DNA of 64,000 bases, taken from contig JAXMOL010000007.1 in the NCBI GenBank assembly GCA_034669905.1, positions 128,970-192,969 on the forward strand, given 5' to 3'. Shown in pieces: positions 20,215 to 28,724 of the stretch. Under the pieces are notes generated by a model. The model did no database searches. It was not told the origin of the DNA and saw nothing but the letters and a program-made list of their open reading frames with translations. Within the stretch, counting starts at the first letter, position 1; every line of letters starts with the position of its first letter. A program made the position numbers and the translations under genes. The DNA is from Candidatus Hydrogenedentota bacterium (GTDB taxonomy: Bacteria > Hydrogenedentota > Hydrogenedentia > Hydrogenedentales > JAEUWI01).

Positions 20215-20855
20215 GCACGCCCCATGTGCTGGACGAGTTGTCCGCCTATATCGACGGTGAGAGCCGGAATGCACCGGCGATCGCCCGCCATCTTCAGTCT
20301 TGTCCGGAGTGCGCCCGGCGGCATGTGGAATTGTCCAAACTCACCCGACACGTCCATGCCCTGCCCGCACCGGAAGTGCTCCCCTCGTTTGCGGCCCGCG
20401 TCGTGGCACGTCTTGACCAGGCCGACGCCCCACCCCGATGGCATGATCGTTTCCTCGTTCAGCATGCCCTCCCCACGGCCTGGGCCCTGGCCGCCGTGTT
20501 GCTCATCGTGGGCACGGCCTATGTCGTCATTCAGGAGGTGGAATCCCGTTCCGACCTGCCCTCAGTCGCGGAATCATCCCCGGCGCCCGTCGAACCCGAC
20601 CCGGAAGTCCTCGCCCGTATCCTGGATATGGGAATTTGGGAAGGGCCCTTCGGTGAAGACGAAGCGGAGGTCGCCGAGGAATCGGTGGATCTCAGCGTGG
20701 AACTGCTGATTGATTCCCTGGCCGCCATCGCGGGGGACGCCGAGACGGGCGAGTGGTACGAAGAGGAAGACCTGATGGCCGTTATGGAGGCCCTGGCCCA
20801 GGAAGATGTCCAGGTGTTGAGTGAACTGGCCCGGAACCACTGGGACGAAGGATAA
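20211..20855 (+). CDS. Zinc-finger anti-sigma factor (membrane)
   Basis: HLQSCPECARRH motif, a single TM, and coupling to the ECF sigma gene. Confidence 0.7.
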   Translation: MSTPHVLDELSAYIDGESRNAPAIARHLQSCPECARRHVELSKLTRHVHALPAPEVLPSFAARVVARLDQADAPPRWHDRFLVQHALPTAWALAAVLLIVGTAYVVIQEVESRSDLPSVAESSPAPVEPDPEVLARILDMGIWEGPFGEDEAEVAEESVDLSVELLIDSLAAIAGDAETGEWYEEEDLMAVMEALAQEDVQVLSELARNHWDEG

Positions 20856-21485
20856 GTGATGAAACGATTGGTAATCACCCTGTTGGTACTGAGCGGCTGG
20901 GCAGGTGGTGTGTGGGCGGCGCCCGAATCGCCTTCCCCGGGCACCCCTTCTGGCAGCAAAGGAAATGCGGAAAGCCGTCAATTGCTCGAGGAAATCCTCA
21001 TGGCGCGATTGACCCGCGAATTGGCCCTGGAAGATGAGCAGGCTGTGCTTCTGGTTCGCCATATGACCGAGTTCCGGGATCGTATGGCGGCGCTGCGTCG
21101 GGAGCGGGGCGAAAAAATGCGGGCCCTTCGACAGGTCGTGCGGGAAAGTAATGACGAATCCCGTATACAGCAGCTGATGGACGAAGTGCGGGCAGTCAAT
21201 GAAAAGAGCATGGCGGCCCGTAATGACGTGCTCGACTTTGACGGCTTCGAAATGACTACCTGGCAAAAGGCCCGACTCCTTGTATTTCTCAACGACTTTG
21301 AGGCCGACATGCGGCGTCTGTTGCGTCGGGCACAGGAACATCGTGCCAAAGAAACGGGCCGCCCCGCGCGGGGAGGCGGCGAAGGGCTTGCCGGGGGGCA
21401 TCGCGAAGACAAAAGGGGCCCCGCTGCAGGTTCGAAAGAACCCAACGAAAAGGAAGGCTCGAACGCCCCCGCACCATCCGGTTGA
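20856..21485 (+). CDS. periplasmic coiled-coil protein (Spy/CpxP-like?) of the ECF operon
   Basis: Signal peptide, helical repeats, low-complexity basic tail. Confidence 0.5.
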   Translation: MMKRLVITLLVLSGWAGGVWAAPESPSPGTPSGSKGNAESRQLLEEILMARLTRELALEDEQAVLLVRHMTEFRDRMAALRRERGEKMRALRQVVRESNDESRIQQLMDEVRAVNEKSMAARNDVLDFDGFEMTTWQKARLLVFLNDFEADMRRLLRRAQEHRAKETGRPARGGGEGLAGGHREDKRGPAAGSKEPNEKEGSNAPAPSG

Positions 21486-21551
21486 TGTCGCCATCCAATG
21501 CTGTGATACCATGCCCATCGACGCGCCCACGGAAGTTTTAAGGAGTAATCG

Positions 21552-22352
21552 GTGGAATATCTAAACGCAATCCTGTTGGCGGTGGTGGAGGGGATCACAG
21601 AATTCTTGCCGGTCAGTAGTACAGGCCATCTGATTCTCGCCGAATCACTCCTTCAACTCGGCGAAGACAAAGCCTTCACGAACGCCTTTATCGTAATCAT
21701 TCAGTTGCCCGCGATTCTGTCGGTGTGCATTTATTTCTGGGCAAAACTGTGGCCCATGAAAGGCGGCACCCTCGATTCAAAAACGGTGGTCCTGTGGGTG
21801 AAGGTCATCGTGGCCTTTCTGCCAGCCGTTGTCTTGGGACTGCTGTTTGACGACGTCATCGAGGCGCTCTTCAACGACACCGCAGTGGCTATCGCGCTGA
21901 TTGTGGGTGGGATCATCATTCTCCTCGTGGAACGACGTACTTATGAGGGAGCAACCGACTCCATTCATGACTTGACGTACAAACAGGCTATCTCCATCGG
22001 GTTCTGTCAGTGCCTGGCTATGATTCCGGGCACTTCCCGTTCTGGTGCCACCATTGTTGGGGGGCTTCTTCTGGGGGCGAGCCGGTCCGTGGCGGCAGAG
22101 TTTTCGTTTTTCCTCGCCATTCCCACCATGGTGGGTGCGACGACCTACACGATGTACAAGATCACGAAGAACGGATTGGAGTTTACGACCCATCAGTGGA
22201 CGCTCATTGCCATTGGTTCGATCGTGGCCTTCCTCGTGGCCTATGCCGTGGTCGCCTTCCTGATGGCATTTATCCAGAAACACTCCTTTAATGTTTTTGG
22301 CGTGTATCGAATCGTCATTGGCGTGATCGTGTTGTTGTTGGTGGCCACCTGA
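21552..22352 (+). CDS. uppP: Undecaprenyl-diphosphate phosphatase
   Basis: MEYLNAILLAVVEGITEFLPVSSTGHL start is canonical BacA/UppP. 266 aa. Confidence 0.92.
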   Translation: MEYLNAILLAVVEGITEFLPVSSTGHLILAESLLQLGEDKAFTNAFIVIIQLPAILSVCIYFWAKLWPMKGGTLDSKTVVLWVKVIVAFLPAVVLGLLFDDVIEALFNDTAVAIALIVGGIIILLVERRTYEGATDSIHDLTYKQAISIGFCQCLAMIPGTSRSGATIVGGLLLGASRSVAAEFSFFLAIPTMVGATTYTMYKITKNGLEFTTHQWTLIAIGSIVAFLVAYAVVAFLMAFIQKHSFNVFGVYRIVIGVIVLLLVAT

Positions 22353-22363
22353 CGGGTCCCTGA

Positions 22364-22831
22364 TTGATAAGGAAATGTGCTATGACCGCCCCGGAAACAG
22401 AAGAAGCCTCAGCGGCGTCACAACAGTTGGTGCTGGCCGGCATTCTCGTGATGCCCCTGGCCTACGTCGTCGCGGCCTACATCCTCCATGCCATTGACGT
22501 GCTGCCAACAGAGGGCTTCGCAGCATTGGACTCCCAGACCACCCTGCTGCTGGCAGGTGTGTTCCTGCTCTCCTGCATCCTGAGCGCCGTGGTCTCGCCC
22601 GTGCTCAAGAAAAAAATCCTGCAGGCCGGCGAAGTGGAGGGGAGCTTGGATCGTCAGACCCGCTTCAAAGCCTCTATGCTTGCCATGGCGACCTCCGAAT
22701 CGGGCGCCGCTCTCGGGCTTGTGCTGATCTTGCTGACCGGCAACTTACTTTATGGCACCCTCTTGTGCGCCCTGTCTTTTGCGGTAACCTGCTTCCACTT
22801 TCCACGCCGTCGTTGGTTGGAAGAAGGATAG
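22364..22831 (+). CDS. hypothetical membrane protein
   Basis: Four predicted TM helices. No recognisable motifs. Confidence 0.5.
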   Translation: MIRKCAMTAPETEEASAASQQLVLAGILVMPLAYVVAAYILHAIDVLPTEGFAALDSQTTLLLAGVFLLSCILSAVVSPVLKKKILQAGEVEGSLDRQTRFKASMLAMATSESGAALGLVLILLTGNLLYGTLLCALSFAVTCFHFPRRRWLEEG

Positions 22832-22891
22832 GTGCTTCGTTGGTGCTTCCTGCGTGGACCGCGCTGAGGTGGGGAGTGCATAGGTATTTTG

Positions 22892-22921
22892 TTGACAGTG
22901 AGCGTCCGAAAACGCTACAGT
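22892..22921 (+). promoter_or_regulatory. putative sigma-70 promoter for the downstream glycan cluster
   Basis: TTGACA followed by an 18-nt spacer and TACAGT. Confidence 0.25.
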
Positions 22922-23055
22922 TAGGCTGATTGTGTGTCAGTATTCGTATAATCATGCGCATGGACCTCGGGGGTTGTTTGGCGCCCTTTGGGTCCGCTGT
23001 CGAATCACCGTAGGACGTTATCTCTGTATGCCGTCGCACCACCAGGAAAACTGAC

Positions 23056-24240
23056 GTGGCCGTCTTGTCTAAACGACACGAAATTCTCAACGCTGCCTTG
23101 CGCGTCTTTCTCGATCTCAGTTGTATCGTGGGCGTGTACTGCGCCACCGTGTGGCTTGTGATTGGCGAAGAGACCGGTTACGTGCACCAGCTTCAAAACG
23201 GTTTGCCCTATGTGGAAGCCATGGTCGTGGTCTGGTTTCTCGTCGCCGCCGATCAGCGCTTGTTCTTGTCCCGCCGGAGTGAAGCCCTGGTGGCCTTGCT
23301 CTTCTCGGTTGCCAAGGCCTTTTTTACCGCGTTCTTGTTTACCGTATTCATTGTGGCCCTGTTTCTTCAGGAAGATCTTAACCGTACCTTCCTCTTCCTC
23401 TTCGGTTTCTTTGTGCTCTTTGGACTGTTAGCATTTCGCTTGATCCTCGGTCTGAGCCTGTGGAATCTGCGCCGACGTGGCTTTAACTCCCGTCGCATCC
23501 TGATTATCGGGAGCAACGAACGGACCCAAAAACTCGTGGGTATCCTCCATGCCAACGAGCACTACGGCTACCACGTGGAGGGCTTCCTGGAACATGACCA
23601 AGACCGGCGTCACCATCTGGAGTCCCTCGATGTACCCTACCTGGGCGACATTGAAGAATTGGACAAAGTGCTGATCAACCGGGTGATCGACGCGGTCTAC
23701 ATCGCGCTGCCCGTCCGCTCCCACTATGAAATGATCCAAAGCGCGGCCCACCTCTGCGAAGGGGTTGGCGTTTCGGTCCGATTCATGGCCGATCTCTTTC
23801 CCCTGCGAATGGCAACGAGTGATTTGTCCCGCGTCGGCGATGTGCCACTCCTGACCCTCTCCACCGAGTCCGAAGTGCAGCCGCCTTTCGCCCTTCACCG
23901 GGCCATCGACATGGGGGTGTCCCTGCTGTTGCTGGTTTTTCTTTCACCGATTTGTCTCCTGGTGGCACTCGCCATTAAAATTGATTCACGGGGACCGGTG
24001 TTAGTGCGTCGTCCCCGTCTGGGTCCGGGAGGTCATGCCTTCCAGGATATTGTATTTCGCACGACCGTCGGGGCATCATGGGGGGATAGCGATGCCACGC
24101 TGACGCGGGTGGGGAGAATCCTGCGCCGCTACGGCATCGACGAATTGCCCCAATTGCTAAATGTATTATCCGGTGACATCAGCCTTGCAGGCCCCACGCA
24201 CTCCGGTGCCCAGGGTGGCAAGGTGGATAGCCCGGTCTGA
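23056..24240 (+). CDS. Polyprenyl glycosylphosphotransferase paralog, C-terminally truncated/degenerate (likely inactive)
   Basis: Aligns with the next gene through the membrane and linker region. The KFRSM motif is VFRTT, GDISLAGPTH replaces [10 protein letters not shown], and the ORF then stops, so the PGxTGxWQ catalytic tail is missing. Confidence 0.7.
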   Translation: MAVLSKRHEILNAALRVFLDLSCIVGVYCATVWLVIGEETGYVHQLQNGLPYVEAMVVVWFLVAADQRLFLSRRSEALVALLFSVAKAFFTAFLFTVFIVALFLQEDLNRTFLFLFGFFVLFGLLAFRLILGLSLWNLRRRGFNSRRILIIGSNERTQKLVGILHANEHYGYHVEGFLEHDQDRRHHLESLDVPYLGDIEELDKVLINRVIDAVYIALPVRSHYEMIQSAAHLCEGVGVSVRFMADLFPLRMATSDLSRVGDVPLLTLSTESEVQPPFALHRAIDMGVSLLLLVFLSPICLLVALAIKIDSRGPVLVRRPRLGPGGHAFQDIVFRTTVGASWGDSDATLTRVGRILRRYGIDELPQLLNVLSGDISLAGPTHSGAQGGKVDSPV

Positions 24241-24312
24241 TACGGCGTGGGGCGCGCAGATGCGTTCCAGAAAGGGCATTGGGGCGGGGCCCACAACGTG
24301 TAGTACAGGGAT

Positions 24313-25788
24313 TTGAGGAGACCATACGGGCCTGTGTCTGAGAGTAAACCAAGAAAAAGGGTCGTGCCGCCATTCGTACTGGCGCTACTGGACACCTGCT
24401 GCATTGTAGGCGCTTTCGCTACGGCCATACACTGGTCCACGGAGCTCTACGAGCCGCTCCTGCCCGCCGTCAAATCGAACCTGCTCTACCTCCTCGTCGT
24501 TATTCTCGTCTGGTTTGCCGCCGCCCTGGAGCGCCATTTGTGGAGCCCCACCCGGCGACAGGATGTGGTGCACTACCTGGCCACGGTGACCAAGGCCGTC
24601 GGCGACGCCTGTGTCTTTTGTGTATTCGTCATGGTCCTTTTCACCCGTAGTGGCGTGAACGAAGAGGGTCAAAGCTACGGCGGCCTGGACCATACCTTTC
24701 TCGTCGTTTTTTGCGCAACCACCCTCATCTATTTGCTGGTGTTCCGTCTCAGCCTACGGCTGATTGTACGAGAGCTTCGCAACCTCGGTATTAATACCCA
24801 TCGGGTCCTTATCGTGGGGGCCAACGAGCGCACCGTCCACTTGATTCAGGTGTTGAAGATGCAAACGGGTCTCGGGTATACCCTCGAAGGTGTACTGGAC
24901 GATGAAGCCGGTCGCTGTGAGGAAACCGATGCAACCGGCGTACCCTATCAGGGAAAGATCGCTACACTGAAGGATCGGCTTGTACAGGGTGAAATCGACG
25001 AGGTCTACATCAGCCTTCCGGTTCGCTCGCGCTATGAAGAGATCCAGGAAATCGCCCACCTCTGTGAAGGTGCGGGCGTGCCCGTCCATCTGGTCGCCGA
25101 TCTGTTTCCCATGCGAGTCGCCACGAGCCGCCTGATGCACCTGGAAGATATTCCCCTGCTGAACCTCTCGACCATTCCCGAGGCGCACGGGAAGGTCTTT
25201 ATGAAGCGGGCAATGGATTTCGTGGGGTCGACACTCCTGTTGATTGCACTCGCTGTTCCCCTGACCGTCCTTGCCATCCTCGTGAAGCTGGATTCCAAAG
25301 GGCCCGTCTTCTTCCTCCAGGAACGGGTCGGACAGAACCAACGCCGCTTCAAGATGATCAAGTTTCGTTCCATGATTGTGAATGCCGAAGAGGTTCAGGC
25401 GGCGCTCCTCGATCAAAATGAAATGGACGGTCCGGTCTTCAAAATAAAGAACGATCCCCGCATTACCCGGCTGGGTCGCTTTATCCGGAAGTACAGTCTG
25501 GATGAGTTTCCCCAACTCTTCAATGTCTGGCGCGGTGAAATGAGTCTGGTGGGCCCACGGCCCCCCATTCCTTCGGAGGTGGAGCAATACACCTGGAGCC
25601 AGCGACGTCGCCTGAGCATTAAGCCCGGCATGACCGGCTCCTGGCAGGTCAGTGGCCGCAATGAGGTGGGCTTTGAGGAGTGGGTCGAGATGGATCTGGA
25701 CTATATCGATTCCTGGTCCATTGGTCTTGATATTCTGATCCTGCTCAAGACCTTTCGGGCGGTCGTAGCGGGCCGCGGCGCCTCGTAG
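24313..25788 (+). CDS. Polyprenyl glycosylphosphotransferase (WbaP/EpsB-like bacterial sugar transferase)
   Basis: [25 protein letters not shown] and [10 protein letters not shown] motifs. Confidence 0.88.
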   Translation: MRRPYGPVSESKPRKRVVPPFVLALLDTCCIVGAFATAIHWSTELYEPLLPAVKSNLLYLLVVILVWFAAALERHLWSPTRRQDVVHYLATVTKAVGDACVFCVFVMVLFTRSGVNEEGQSYGGLDHTFLVVFCATTLIYLLVFRLSLRLIVRELRNLGINTHRVLIVGANERTVHLIQVLKMQTGLGYTLEGVLDDEAGRCEETDATGVPYQGKIATLKDRLVQGEIDEVYISLPVRSRYEEIQEIAHLCEGAGVPVHLVADLFPMRVATSRLMHLEDIPLLNLSTIPEAHGKVFMKRAMDFVGSTLLLIALAVPLTVLAILVKLDSKGPVFFLQERVGQNQRRFKMIKFRSMIVNAEEVQAALLDQNEMDGPVFKIKNDPRITRLGRFIRKYSLDEFPQLFNVWRGEMSLVGPRPPIPSEVEQYTWSQRRRLSIKPGMTGSWQVSGRNEVGFEEWVEMDLDYIDSWSIGLDILILLKTFRAVVAGRGAS

Positions 25789-26154
25789 CTACCGACTGGG
25801 CTTTCGGGTCGGCGCGCACGTGCGGCAGCTCTTCGACGTGTTATTCCCCCTTCGGGCCGCGTCTGTCATGACGTGGGAAACCGGCACTTGTGCACGGGGC
25901 ATTTCGTCTGGCAGGATTAGGTAGCTAAGAGCGCTATACCCGCCAAAATGGGCAAGAACACGTTGGGGTAGCAGGTGCTAATTTCGGGGCGTACGAAGGC
26001 AGACCCGTTGGGGTGCGGAAGCGCACTGACGCGGGCGTGGCGGCAGCGAGATGAAATCGGCGAAAGGCACCGGCGACAGCGGGTTGCCCTCTCCGGGGTT
26101 GTATACTCCGACGGGTAGTGTGCTATGGTTTTATCGCATCACGAGGAGTGTATA

Positions 26155-28000
26155 CGTGTATCAAATTACCGCGAAATCGGGCAATTCCAAGGGGACTTCC
26201 TGGGTTGTGGAGCACGCACCTCTTGTCTTCGGGCGGGATATGAATTGCGATATCAAGGTGAGTGATCCGCTCGTTTCCAGGCGCCATTGTGAAGTGGCGC
26301 TGGCGGATGGAAAAGTAACCCTTCGGGATCTGGGTAGCAGCAATGCCACATTCGTCAATGGCGAGCCCATCTCAGAGGCGGATCTGGCCGCTGGCGATGA
26401 AGTGGCCGTCGGAAGTGCTGTTTTTCTGGTCACGCGGGTCCGTGAAGTTGGTACCCAGACACCGCCGCCCTCCCAGGGGAATTCGCCCACTTCTTCCCTG
26501 ATCATCGGCGAGCCGGTCTATATGAAACGGGATAGCGAGACCTTGTTCTCTCAGGCCCGCCCCCGCACGGGGGAGGATCTGGCCGATCTGTTCACACTCA
26601 GTCGCGCCCTGAGTGAGGCAAGTACGACCTCGGGATTGATCACGGCATTAATCCAGCGGGTCGCGGAACGCTTTGAGCCCGAAGCGGTATGCGTCGCCCT
26701 CCATCATGCGACGGACGGTACGATGACCTGCTTCCCCCCCGGCAGCGAAAACAACTTTTTGTCCAAGACGTCTCCAGCGGAGATGGTAAACACCGTATCC
26801 ACCCGGCAGCGTGGGATGCTGATACCAGAGAGTTGTCGGAGCCAGGGCGAGGCCGGTATGCGGACCACCGCTGCCGCGCCCATAATTCTGGGAAATGATG
26901 TTATCGGGGCATTGCTCGTGCAGGCGACTTCCCCGGCAAAGATCTATGATGAGACCGACCTCGAATTCCTCATGGCCCAGGCCCTGACTACGGCACCGTA
27001 TTTCCGCGCAATCGAACGGATGGAACTACTGGAGCGAGAAAACCGACGCCTGGTGACCAGCGCGGCCGAAGGGCTGGCCATTATTGGCAAGAGTGACGTT
27101 ATTAACAGGGTCCGTACCCTGGCAAAAGACTGCGCCCGCTCCGATATGAATGCGCTGATTCTCGGCGAGACGGGAACCGGAAAAGAGCTGGTGGTCAGCA
27201 TGATTCACCGCCTGTCTGATCGCTCCGACCATCCCCTGACCATCATTAACTGTGCCGCCATTCCGGCGGAATTGTTGGAAAGTGAATTGTTCGGGTATGA
27301 ACGTGGTGCCTTCACCGGTGCCCATGGGCAAAAGAAGGGCACCTTCGAAGAGAGCGATGGCGGTACCCTGTTCCTCGACGAACTTTGCGATCTGAGCCTG
27401 CCCAATCAGGCACGCCTTCTGCGCGTGATTGAGACCGGCGTGTTTCGACGTCTCGGCGGTCAGGCAGACATTACCGTGAACGTGCGGGTGATTGCCGCAA
27501 CCAATAAGTCCATTTCCGACGAAGTAGATGCAGGGCGTTTCCGACGGGACCTGTATCACCGGCTCAATACCTTCGAGATCGTGATACCGCCCCTCCGAGA
27601 GCGGCGTTCCGACATTGCTGTTCTGGCGGAGCACTTTCATCGCGTGGCGCAAGAGCGCCTGGGCTATCGCACCATGGGTTTTTCTGCGGAAGCCATCGAA
27701 TACCTCAACAATCAGCCGTGGCCGGGCAACGTCCGGGAGCTGCGCAACGTGGTCGAGCGTGCCATGGTGGTCGCGCCTTATGATGCGATTCGACCAGAAG
27801 ACCTGCAGCGAGATGTGGTGTACCGGGCCGAACGCAAGACCGACACCGAGCCCATACTCACGTTGGCGGAAATGGAAAAGCGCCAGATCATCAAGGCGCT
27901 GAACCGCCATGACGGTAATGTGAAGGCGGCTGCAGAGACCTTGGATATCGGACGAAGCACCCTCTATCGCAAAATTGGCGAGTACGATCTGCCCAGTTAA
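26155..28000 (+). CDS. FHA-GAF-sigma-54 activator (AAA+)-Fis HTH transcriptional regulator
   Basis: FHA domain (VFGRDMNCDIKVSDPLVSRRHC). GAF domain. GETGTGKE Walker A. GAFTGA sigma-54 contact motif. C-terminal HTH. The GTG at 26155 is preferred because of an AGGAG Shine-Dalgarno 7 nt upstream. Alternative ATG at 26051. Confidence 0.88.
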
Positions 28001-28269
28001 TGGTCACTTTCCATGGGCGGAGGGGGCTTCCCCTGCAAGCATTTTCCCTGGCTGGGCGTTTTCGGACGTGGCGGCAAAAAAAGATGTGGTGTCGAAAAAA
28101 TTCGTAAGTCATTTTATATCAGTGGTTTGTCGGGTGTTTTCGCTTACGTGCCGGTTTTCAGCATCTTTCCAAGAAGTAGGGGCCTTCGACAAGGTAGGTG
28201 CCCAATTCTTGACGATGGGGCCCCCCTTCCCCTGCGCGCCCCGTGCCTTTCGGCTTTTCTGCGGGACTT

Positions 28270-28284
28270 TTCTCAAAATGAGAA
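28270..28284 (+). promoter_or_regulatory. candidate enhancer (UAS) palindrome TTCTCAAAATGAGAA
   Basis: Perfect 6-bp inverted repeat with a 3-bp spacer, about 105 bp upstream of the sigma-54 -24 element. Confidence 0.35.
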
Positions 28285-28380
28285 CGCATCTGTCTCGAAT
28301 CGGATTTCGCCCCCTCCCCCGTTACCGATAACCTGAGGGACTTTCGGCCTTCCTTCTCAAAAAGTACGCGATAGCGTACT

Positions 28381-28396
28381 TGGCATCCTAATTGCA
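28381..28396 (+). promoter_or_regulatory. sigma-54 (-24/-12) promoter TGGCATCCTAATTGCA
   Basis: GG and GC dinucleotides with exact consensus spacing (TGGCAC-N5-TTGCA). Immediately preceded by the palindrome AGTACGCGATAGCGTACT at 28363-28380. Confidence 0.6.
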
Positions 28397-28497
28397 TAGG
28401 CTCTATCAGGTCCACAGTAGGCTGGTGTGTCAGCAGAAGTCTGTGGATCTGAGAGACTTTCCCATCCCGGGAGGGGCGTAGTCAGGAGTTCCCCAGT

Positions 28498-28674
28498 ATG
28501 TTTACCATCGAGTCAGAAAAACCCAGTGATGAGTACACGACCTCGCGTATGAAAAAATGGTACATGGTCCAGTTCAAAGGCTATGAGGTCGTGGATGAGC
28601 GCGAGGTGCCCAAAGTGACCTCCCAGGGACGGTTGACCTATGAGTGTCGTTGGTATCTCCGCCAGGTATCGTGA
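28498..28674 (+). CDS. small ORF (58 aa) downstream of the sigma-54 promoter
   Basis: AGGAG 9 nt upstream of the ATG. Encodes MFTIESEKPSDEYTTSRMKKWYMVQFKGYEVVDEREVPKVTSQGRLTYECRWYLRQVS. Below the 60-aa track cutoff. Confidence 0.4.
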   Translation: MFTIESEKPSDEYTTSRMKKWYMVQFKGYEVVDEREVPKVTSQGRLTYECRWYLRQVS

Positions 28675-28724
28675 GGCGCACCGCCGATTAACCCGTCTTC
28701 ACTGCGCAGGGTCAGGCGCACCCC

